DNA of 6,205 bases from a virus (IMGVR_UViG_2534681662_000012); one strand, 5' to 3'; counted from the stretch's first letter, positions 1 through 5,889 are shown. The notes: generated by a model not told the origin, from the letters alone. A program made the numbers and translations.

Positions 1-181
1 CTGCAATCACCTTTATCGCCAGCCTTCCGGACAGCCTTAATTTCAGCCGCTGCTGGCGAACAATAAGCGCCACAGCCCGGCGATAACGCTTTCCCTCCTC
101 AGAGATAAAATATGTGCTGCCACGGCGTCGCCAGTAGGTGTTCACCGTCGGCGGGTAAGGCAAAACAAACTCTATACGCAT
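1..181 (-). CDS. rusA: RusA-family Holliday junction resolvase, 5' part only (about 60 codons; gene continues past window start)
   Basis: Hand translation of the minus strand from ATG at 181..179 gives MRIEFVLPYPPTVNTYWRRRGSTYFISEEGKRYRRAVALIVRQQRLKLRLSGRLAIKVIA with no stop before position 1. This matches the RusA N-terminal pattern as I remember it (LPxPP-S/T-xNxY..R....-S/T-xEGxxYRxxV). SD AAGAGG (193..188) sits 6 nt upstream of the ATG, immediately after the TAA stop of the upstream ORF (196..194). Not in the ORF track because it has no in-window stop. Confidence 0.75.
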   Translation of the reverse strand, partial: MRIEFVLPYPPTVNTYWRRRGSTYFISEEGKRYRRAVALIVRQQRLKLRLSGRLAIKVIA

Positions 182-193
182 CAGTAACCTCTT

Positions 194-811
194 TTACCCA
201 AGCACGCCAGTTGCAAAGGCGTGATCAAGAAAACGAAAAATTAAATCAACCTGAGAACCATGCATTTCTTCGAACGCCAGCGGATCCGCATGAAGCTCGT
301 TGTGATGCTCCCGACACAGCGGTAGCGTGAAAATATCGTGAGATTTTGTCCCCATTCCGCCCTGACCATGACCAATCAGGTGATGGGGATCGTCGGCTGG
401 CTTACCACAACACGCACACGGCTGTGTCTTCACCCAGCGTGTGTATTTCTCGTTAACCCAGCGGCGACGTTTAGGTCGTTTCATGAAAGATTCCGGAGAC
501 TCCGGATCTACGGCAATGCTGACCACCGTCTTTTCCTGTGGTGCGTTCTGTTGCTGGTGGACGTGAGGCAGCGGCGCAAGATTTTTTGTGCGCTGTTTCA
601 GTATGCTGGTGGCGGTCTGCTCTCCCGGTACGATGTCGCTTTCGCGGTACACCGAGCGGATTTTTTCCGCACGCAAGCCCAGCGAACGACGTAATACCGC
701 TTCCGGTAGCGCGTCCGCCACCTGATTGCGGACCGCCCACCAGGATAATTCAGCCAGAGATAATTCACGCTCCTGCGTACCGCTTATTGCGTGACCGATG
801 ACGTCAATCAT
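194..811 (-). CDS. Cys/His-rich lambdoid-prophage protein, DUF968/YdfU-like C-terminal region (205 aa from the internal ATG)
   Basis: Track ORF 194..1021, trimmed to the internal ATG at 811..809 (MIDVIGHAISGTQERELS...). The upstream 70 codons (MLLVVLGHCLTGCCAILNPASGHTAIII...) are Cys/Thr/Ala-rich, look non-protein-like, and overlap a better frame. The C-terminal block WVKTQPCACCGKPADDPHHLIGHGQGGMGTKSHDIFTLPLCREHHNELH is a Cys/His metal-binding-type motif that I associate with the DUF968 family; this is recollection, not a search result. Stop TAA at 196..194. Confidence 0.6.
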   Translation of the reverse strand: MIDVIGHAISGTQERELSLAELSWWAVRNQVADALPEAVLRRSLGLRAEKIRSVYRESDIVPGEQTATSILKQRTKNLAPLPHVHQQQNAPQEKTVVSIAVDPESPESFMKRPKRRRWVNEKYTRWVKTQPCACCGKPADDPHHLIGHGQGGMGTKSHDIFTLPLCREHHNELHADPLAFEEMHGSQVDLIFRFLDHAFATGVLG

Positions 812-1241
812 CCATGCTGACAGTTTTGATGAGCAAGTTGCCGAGTGATTCGGATGTCTGGTCACGCAGCTGGTTGTCGCAGTGCCAGCACAACACCATT
901 GCGCCGGTACCATATCGGTGAATAACGGTTTCGCTGTGATGATAATCGCCGTGTGGCCACTGGCAGGATTTAATATGGCACAACAGCCAGTCAGACAGTG
1001 CCCCAGCACCACCAGCAGCACGAATCACCCGCTCATCGCTGAAAAATGGCAGTAATGATTTATCCTCCGCCAGCGGCTGGCGAACAGCAGGAACGACTCC
1101 GGACGGCAGACCGCGCATGCTTTTCGGTTCCGGCTCCACCAGAACTCGAGGGTTATGAAATACCTGCATGGATTCACGGCCCGGTTTTAGCACCACCAGC
1201 CCAAGTTCCGGTACCGGAACAGGTCGAAGTAACACCCGCAC
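804..1241 (-). CDS. Hypothetical Cys/His-rich prophage protein (145 aa); possibly the N-terminal part of a split YdfU-like gene
   Basis: Track ORF 804..1241. Start is GTG at 1241..1239, preceded by GGAGG (tctGGAGGtaacGTG on the minus strand) that overlaps the TAA stop of the upstream ORF at 1245..1243. The product ends ...CQWPHGDYHHSETVIHRYGTGAMVLCWHCDNQLRDQTSESLGNLLIKTVSMDD. Its TGA stop (806..804) overlaps the ATG of the next ORF (811..809), giving minus-strand ATGATTGA. Confidence 0.55.
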   Translation of the reverse strand: MRVLLRPVPVPELGLVVLKPGRESMQVFHNPRVLVEPEPKSMRGLPSGVVPAVRQPLAEDKSLLPFFSDERVIRAAGGAGALSDWLLCHIKSCQWPHGDYHHSETVIHRYGTGAMVLCWHCDNQLRDQTSESLGNLLIKTVSMDD

Positions 1242-1242
1242 G

Positions 1243-1521
1243 TTACCTCCAGATGCGTTGCTGGTATGTGCGGGATGAACGCGGTGGGCGTTCGGAGTAA
1301 GGGAGTCTGACTGAGATTATCCAGTGACGGTAGTCGAGGCTAAGAGCTTTCTTAACCTCGTATCCGCGCCTGCGGTAACACTGAATTATCCATTCCGCCT
1401 GCTCTTCAGTGCATGGAGGATGCTGGAACCAGTCTGATTTGAATGCGTGAAAACGCCGTCCGCACCTACTGGCAAAGACGGCAGAATCATTAGAATTGTG
1501 TAATTTGGTATCGTGCGCCAT
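1243..1521 (-). CDS. Small prophage protein (92 aa) in the position rem occupies in Qin-type prophages
   Basis: Track ORF 1243..1650, trimmed to the only internal ATG (1521..1519; MAHDTKLHNSNDSAVFASRCGRRF...). The track start at 1650 would put the hok terminator hairpin (1603..1620) inside the coding region. Upstream SD is weak. Function unknown; the rem analogy is positional only. Confidence 0.45.
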   Translation of the reverse strand: MAHDTKLHNSNDSAVFASRCGRRFHAFKSDWFQHPPCTEEQAEWIIQCYRRRGYEVKKALSLDYRHWIISVRLPYSERPPRSSRTYQQRIWR

Positions 1522-1590
1522 CGGTTGTCTCTGCTGGCGCAGCAGGTGCCAGTTGTTCAGGCTGGCGTGCGAATTGTAAACCAGAATGCC

Positions 1591-1620
1591 AGGAAAAAAC
1601 AAAACCCGCCGAAGCGGGTT
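1591..1620 (-). terminator. Rho-independent terminator downstream of hok
   Basis: Perfect 7-bp stem (1603-1609 aacccgc with 1614-1620 gcgggtt) and a 4-nt loop cgaa. On the minus strand the hairpin is followed by the U-rich tract UUUUGUUUUUUCC (complement of 1591-1602). It lies about 70 nt 3' of the hok stop. Confidence 0.6.
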
Positions 1621-1688
1621 ACGTGCGGGTGCGTTGAGGATGCCTGCCACATAAGAGGTGGCGAGGGATTTCTCCCTCGCCTGGTCTC

Positions 1689-1844
1689 TTACTCCTCAGG
1701 TTCGTAAGCTGTGAAGACAGCGACCTCCGTCTGGCCGGTTCGGATTCGTACCTCGCAGAGGTCTTTCCTCGTTACCAGTGCCGTCACTATGACGGTTAAA
1801 CAGATGACGATCAGGGCGATTAACATCGCCTTTTGCTGCTTCAT
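1689..1844 (-). CDS. hokD: Hok/Gef-family type I toxin, HokD/RelF-like (51 aa)
   Basis: The internal ATG (1844..1842) of track ORF 1689..1901 gives MKQQKAMLIALIVICLTVIVTALVTRKDLCEVRIRTGQTEVAVFTAYEPEE. I recognise this as the Hok family (single TM helix, then the conserved RKDLCEV.IRTGQTEVAVF block) and, from memory, as identical or near-identical to E. coli HokD (RelF). SD AAGGAG sits 9 nt upstream. The 19-codon in-frame N-terminal extension in the track ORF was not adopted. Confidence 0.85.
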   Translation of the reverse strand: MKQQKAMLIALIVICLTVIVTALVTRKDLCEVRIRTGQTEVAVFTAYEPEE

Positions 1845-2116
1845 AGCCTGCTTCTCCTTGCCTTTCGGCACGTAAGAGGCTAACCTACATGTGTCTAGCA
1901 TGAAATTGGCCTCAGATTAATGTTAAGCGTCTTGCAGGACGCGTAATGTTAACTGGGGCTTTTCTCTATCTGCCCTTGGTGTTCATGCCCGAGGCAGATA
2001 GCCTCAAGCACCCGCAGCCATTCTACTTAACTACCGTTACCTCGCCAATATGAAATCAGTCAGAAAGACGATCCATAAGAACAATAGCAAGATTTCTTAA
2101 TGGAGATGGATGTAAG

Positions 2117-3604
2117 CTAAATATTTTGGCTCGGTCTGCTTTCTATTAAATGCAACCTGTATTTTAAAGCATGATGTGTCCTAAACTCATTTTGTAGATT
2201 AATTTTTAAGTTAGGCAAACTACTTACGTATTCCCATCTACCTTGTTTTTTTTGTCCGATAAGTGAGTTATCAAACAGGAAGTTGATATATTGACGTATC
2301 ACCCCATCAGAAATACCTGCAAATTCATTACGGCACTTCTCGGAAAAATCATTAAAATCGAATGTTTCTACTTGGATAGTTTGAAGAACAGTTAGTAAGT
2401 TCTCAATTTCAGGGAATTGGTTGGACCATTCATCAATCACCTCATTGTACACACTTATAGATGCTTCACGGTCAGCTTCATAAAGCTCATTGGAAGTGTA
2501 AAGACCTGAGACATTATTTTTATGACATGCCCTAATTTTGTTGAAGTAGACAATAATATCCCTAGGCCTAAAGAAAGAACGGCGACATATATATTTAAAT
2601 GGAGGAGTCCCCTGCCTAACGAATGAAACCTCAAATACTTTCCCAGATCTGTCCTTTTCGTCATCTAATATGAGATCATTAGGTTTGTATTTCTTTATCC
2701 TCTCATAATACATATCGTTTAGATTATTTTCATTCCATGAGATTATGATAGCACTATCTTGCAATAATTTGTTTTTATCATTGAATTTCAAAGAATGATA
2801 AATATCCGTTCGTAGGAAGGGAATGACTTTTAATTTATCATTGAGGCGTTCATCAGATGCTATGTTTCTACAGACATTTAGCAGATTTATTAAAACCTTA
2901 CTATATTCTTCAATTTGCCCCTCTAGCCAGTTTTCGTCTAATTGGTCAAGGGCGATAATTATTTTTTCATTACCAATGTTATCTTTAAAAATTTTTTCAA
3001 AATACGTAAGCAACGTGAAAGCATTAGCTCTTAGCTTTTGCTTTAGCTGAGCATTCTCAGCAACTTCCTCTAACGAAATTTCACCTGCGTCCAATGATAC
3101 TTCATTAAGACCAGCACTGGGCCCTTTTATGGTTTTTAATCTGGTTATTTTTGAAAACAAAACCTCCCTAAGAGTTGGGTCGGGACTACCAAAGATAGTT
3201 TTGATATAATTATGTGCCCACGTTAGATCTTTGTTTAAAGTCTCTCCAGCATCATTTTTTATTTCAATAAGTTTAGATAATGCCTTAATATAAAAAAGAT
3301 ACATCCAACTTTTTTGATAAGCGGAAAGTTCTCCAGCCATTGCATCCTTGTAAAGTTGATGGGCTGGCCATGGATAGTCACTAAAATTTAGACATACTGA
3401 GTAAAACCCGTTGAGATTGGCTGGGTTTCCTCTTCTAAGGTGTTCATAAATGGCTGTTTTACCAGTACCTTTTCTTCCAAGAACCAACCAAGCCCTACTT
3501 TCAATAATATCCTTTATCGCCGGTAGCTTAAAAAAATAGGTCTGTAAGTCCCGATCTGTTTCTGCTGAAACTTGAAATTCTGGTAGCCAGTCTCTAATGT
3601 CCAC
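2117..3604 (-). CDS. P-loop NTPase, 495 aa, STAND/KAP-like motif pattern; AT-rich horizontally acquired gene; candidate phage-defence/abortive-infection protein
   Basis: Track ORF 2117..3604; an uninterrupted 495-codon frame in an otherwise AT-rich segment. Walker A WLVLGRKGTGKTAIYEHL near residue 40; Walker B-like IIALDQLDENW near residue 220 (hhhhD-x-hDE, as in STAND/NACHT-type NTPases; the roughly 175-aa A-to-B spacing is more like KAP-type). In-frame start is GTG at 3604..3602 with SD AAGAGGA about 4-5 nt upstream. G+C in hand-counted 60-bp lines is about 27-35%, against about 57% in a flanking backbone line. Confidence 0.85.
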   Translation of the reverse strand: MDIRDWLPEFQVSAETDRDLQTYFFKLPAIKDIIESRAWLVLGRKGTGKTAIYEHLRRGNPANLNGFYSVCLNFSDYPWPAHQLYKDAMAGELSAYQKSWMYLFYIKALSKLIEIKNDAGETLNKDLTWAHNYIKTIFGSPDPTLREVLFSKITRLKTIKGPSAGLNEVSLDAGEISLEEVAENAQLKQKLRANAFTLLTYFEKIFKDNIGNEKIIIALDQLDENWLEGQIEEYSKVLINLLNVCRNIASDERLNDKLKVIPFLRTDIYHSLKFNDKNKLLQDSAIIISWNENNLNDMYYERIKKYKPNDLILDDEKDRSGKVFEVSFVRQGTPPFKYICRRSFFRPRDIIVYFNKIRACHKNNVSGLYTSNELYEADREASISVYNEVIDEWSNQFPEIENLLTVLQTIQVETFDFNDFSEKCRNEFAGISDGVIRQYINFLFDNSLIGQKKQGRWEYVSSLPNLKINLQNEFRTHHALKYRLHLIESRPSQNI

Positions 3605-3921
3605 ATTTTCCTCTTTACATTACATTACCTTTATGTTTTTCCAAAATAAATCAAAGTCATATGGCGTATCAAGTTTTTTTGATTATTTATGAGCTCATAC
3701 TCAAAAAAATACTAAATCTAATTTATCTTACGTTAACTAAAGATTTCATATGTTAGTATGCTCAAGCAATGCTACTGCTGGAGTCTGATGATATCCGTTA
3801 TACACTAATTGCCACGCACACAAGCGACATCAGTTCATGGCACAAAGCAGACAACCACGCTACCTCTACCCTATGCCATGAAAATGTCAATTTACATCTT
3901 AACTAATGCACTTTAATCTCG

Positions 3922-4344
3922 TCACTTAAATAGATACCGAACATTTCCCTGATAAAACGACAATATGCGCTGCATAACTTCGCTCTTCTGGCACTCGCGA
4001 CAGATTATGTTTAGACGACTGTCGTAGCGACGTATTTCTCCATCAGGTAGTGACCAGATAAGGTCCGGATCAACCACAGCGGGTTTCTTCACCTTCGCCC
4101 TAGAGAGTTTTTTGCGGGCATTTTGCCAGTCCTTTCGTGCCTGTTCAGACGGGAATAACCCGTAGCCGGAGTTGTATACATAACCACTGGCAACCAGCTC
4201 TCTGGCAAGAATGCTCATCAGATATCTTGTCGCACCTGTTTTAGCTTCCAACTGTCGTAATGTCTCGCGACCGCTCTGGCGCACAAGTTCGACCACCTGC
4301 TCTTTAATTTTTTCCCGCTCTTCCTGTGTAAAAACTTTTGCCAC
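3922..4344 (-). CDS. Hypothetical prophage protein, 140 aa
   Basis: Track ORF 3922..4344. GTG start at 4344..4342 with a strong SD AAGGAGG 4 nt upstream (ttAAGGAGGacttGTG on the minus strand). Backbone-like G+C. The product (MAKVFTQEEREKIKEQVVELVRQSGRETLRQLEAKTGATRYLMSILARELVASGYV...) is basic and could contain an HTH, but I do not recognise a specific family. Confidence 0.65.
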   Translation of the reverse strand: MAKVFTQEEREKIKEQVVELVRQSGRETLRQLEAKTGATRYLMSILARELVASGYVYNSGYGLFPSEQARKDWQNARKKLSRAKVKKPAVVDPDLIWSLPDGEIRRYDSRLNIICRECQKSEVMQRILSFYQGNVRYLFK

Positions 4345-4384
4345 AAGTCCTCCTTAAAATTACCTCATGACCTGAAATCAACAC

Positions 4385-5350
4385 TTATCCCCTGAAACCA
4401 GGCGGAATTTCTGTATCCGGTTCAGAAATATGATTCACACAACGCTGTACAGGTGAACGTCCCAAGCGGATGACCAGTTCGTCCCATTTTTCGCGGAGTT
4501 TTGACGGGCTCATGATGTTTTTTACCCAGAATGGATCTCGCTGTACCCGACCAAACATTTCGCAAATTTGTCTGTGGCTTCTGCCATCCAGCATCCGCAT
4601 TGTGCGCACGTCATTGGCCCAGGCTGTCCAGTTAGGCTCTTTTGGTCGCATGATCTCTCCATCGTCGCTGGCAGCCTGTTCGTAAAGGTTCACGATCCGC
4701 CCCCAAATCCACTGCGCACACGCCAAATCCTCCCTGCTACCCCACTGGCGTTTTTTCGCACTAAACACAACCGCGTCGGGGTTCTGGGTTAAAAAATCCT
4801 GTTCAGCGGTCTGCGGGTCCGGTTGCGAAGCTTCCGGACGAAAAGTGTTTTTATTCTCTGTAGTAATCTCTGTTGTATTCTCTGTAAGATCATCAGGCCA
4901 TTTTGACCCGATGACATTGGGTCGTTTTGAACCAATGGAGCGTTTCATTTTGACCTCTTCCATCGTGTCATTTTGACCTGATGGAGCGGCGCATTTTGAA
5001 CCGATGGATTCGTTCAATTTGCCACCATCTAAAAGCTCGCTCCCATAGTTGATCGTGTAGAAATTGGTCATATCGCGCTTTGATTTATTGAGCTTTTCAC
5101 AACGCAAAAGCCCCAGCGTTTTCAGACTTGCAAACGCGCGCTTTAAAGTTGACTCTGACCAGAATGGGAACTGTTCCAGCCATTGTTCCGTTGTGTTGTA
5201 AATCCAGCGAACACCATCACATTCCATGCCGGAATTGGTATCTCTCAACCAGTAATGCAACTGCTGCAACACAATGGCTTCATTTAAGCCAATCTTCATC
5301 GCAAGCTGTGTGTTTATAACCAGTGGGCGTTCAGCAAAAAGAAGGCTCAT
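4385..5350 (-). CDS. Phage replication initiator (lambda O-like / replisome organiser) with an internal origin
   Basis: Track ORF 4385..5404. The track start at 5404 is TTG with no SD, so I prefer ATG at 5350..5348 (weak GGATGG SD), which overlaps the upstream ORF stop by about 20 nt; the start remains uncertain. The N-terminal region looks like a winged-helix DNA-binding domain; the middle is encoded by iteron repeats (repeated SIGSK / VIGSK peptide); the C-terminal domain is Trp-rich. An internal ori is the hallmark of O-type initiators. Confidence 0.7.
   Translation of the reverse strand: MSLLFAERPLVINTQLAMKIGLNEAIVLQQLHYWLRDTNSGMECDGVRWIYNTTEQWLEQFPFWSESTLKRAFASLKTLGLLRCEKLNKSKRDMTNFYTINYGSELLDGGKLNESIGSKCAAPSGQNDTMEEVKMKRSIGSKRPNVIGSKWPDDLTENTTEITTENKNTFRPEASQPDPQTAEQDFLTQNPDAVVFSAKKRQWGSREDLACAQWIWGRIVNLYEQAASDDGEIMRPKEPNWTAWANDVRTMRMLDGRSHRQICEMFGRVQRDPFWVKNIMSPSKLREKWDELVIRLGRSPVQRCVNHISEPDTEIPPGFRG
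4898..5012. repeat. Iteron array (putative prophage origin of replication) inside the initiator gene, with an adjacent A+T-rich short-repeat tract at 4841-4890
   Basis: Five direct repeats of about 18-20 bp with 23-24 bp periodicity. Plus-strand copies start near 4900 (attttgacccgatga), 4924 (gttttgaaccaatgga), 4948 (cattttgacctcttccatcg, degenerate), 4968 (cattttgacctgatggagcg) and 4992 (cattttgaaccgatggattcg); consensus CATTTTGA(C/A)C.GATGGA. Immediately downstream in gene orientation is the tract 4851-4888 with three copies of tctctgt(a/t) (ttattctctgtag, taatctctgtt, tattctctgtaag). Confidence 0.6.
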
Positions 5351-5852
5351 AATTCCATCCAGCTTTTTGTTGGTATTGCTGTCGATACGCAAGTTTGAAA
5401 GCAATTGCTTTTTCTATAAGTTCGTCAGTTTCACGATCCACTACGGCAGGATCAGCAAAAAGCAGTCCGGACTCCACCACATCGCCATATTCTTTGTTTA
5501 ACCCGGCGATCATGTACGTGATGCTTTTTCCGTCACTAATTTCACGATACAACCTGAAATCATTAATCCGGATAGCCTCCATAATTGCAGGCACTAGCGC
5601 CGTGAACTTTTCACGCTTATCCCTAGTGTCGATAGCCTTCCAGCGTTCGAATATCTTCACTCGATTAACGCCAAGCGCTCGCTGATCAACCGCGCCACCT
5701 TCATCTGTGACACGCTGAACATCGATGTTCGGGCGCTCTTTCAAAGCCCAGAATGCTTCAGTGATTAATATCGTCGCCTGCTCCTGTGTCATTCCTGGTC
5801 GACATATCCAGGCATCCAGAGCCTCACGAGCCTGTTCAGGAGTGATTTTCAT
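5331..5852 (-). CDS. Hypothetical prophage early-region protein, 173 aa
   Basis: Track ORF 5331..5852 with ATG start at 5852..5850 and backbone G+C. The product (MKITPEQAREALDAWICRPGMTQEQATILITEAFWALKERPNIDVQRV...) is not recognised by me. Its start lies 37 bp from the IS1 left end. Confidence 0.65.
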   Translation of the reverse strand: MKITPEQAREALDAWICRPGMTQEQATILITEAFWALKERPNIDVQRVTDEGGAVDQRALGVNRVKIFERWKAIDTRDKREKFTALVPAIMEAIRINDFRLYREISDGKSITYMIAGLNKEYGDVVESGLLFADPAVVDRETDELIEKAIAFKLAYRQQYQQKAGWNYEPSFC

Positions 5853-5889
5853 TGTTCAACCGCCCCGCCCGCTTCGTCTTACGATATTC

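Noticed and set aside
112-801. Plus-strand ORFs 112..330, 338..694 and 538..801, and minus-strand ORF 471..740
   Set aside because: They lie antisense to, or in alternative frames of, the rusA and DUF968-like coding regions. Their products are Arg/Cys/Thr-rich and low in complexity, and none has a convincing SD. I treated them as shadow ORFs of a G+C-rich coding region.
812-1021. N-terminal 70 codons of track ORF 194..1021
   Set aside because: The translated stretch (MLLVVLGHCLTGCCAILNPASGHTAIII...) looks non-protein-like and fully overlaps the better-supported frame of ORF 804..1241. The internal ATG at 811 gives a clean stop/start overlap with that ORF.
1522-1650. Upstream extension of track ORF 1243..1650
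   Set aside because: It would run through the hok intrinsic terminator hairpin (1603-1620) and the U-tract. The internal ATG at 1521 is the only Met and avoids the terminator.
1046-1707. Plus-strand ORFs 1046..1300 and 1513..1707
   Set aside because: They are antisense to minus-strand genes and to the hok 3' region, with no SD. The second spans the terminator hairpin.
1845-1901. In-frame 19-codon N-terminal extension of hok (track ORF start at 1901)
   Set aside because: Hok-family toxins are about 50 aa and begin MKQ...; the internal ATG at 1844 has an AAGGAG SD. The extension may still be translated, but it is not needed to explain the gene.
2455-3050. ORFs 2455..2664 (minus) and 2823..3050 (plus) inside the NTPase gene
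   Set aside because: These are alternative-frame or antisense ORFs in AT-rich coding DNA and are fully contained in the 495-codon frame. Their products are Leu/Ser/Phe-rich, as expected from AT-rich shadow frames.
3605-3921. A specific sigma70 promoter call for the NTPase gene
   Set aside because: Several weak -35/-10 candidates exist in the AT-rich upstream tract, but none matches consensus well enough to place by eye. I left this as a region-level remark rather than a feature.
4898-5012. The direct-repeat block as a possible CRISPR array
   Set aside because: The repeats are short, imperfect and spaced at 23-24 bp with no unique spacers, and they lie inside a protein-coding frame. They are iterons, not CRISPR repeats.
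5351-5404. TTG start at 5404 for the replication initiator
   Set aside because: There is no SD, and it would give a 74-nt overlap with the upstream gene. ATG at 5350 is more plausible, though the true start is uncertain.
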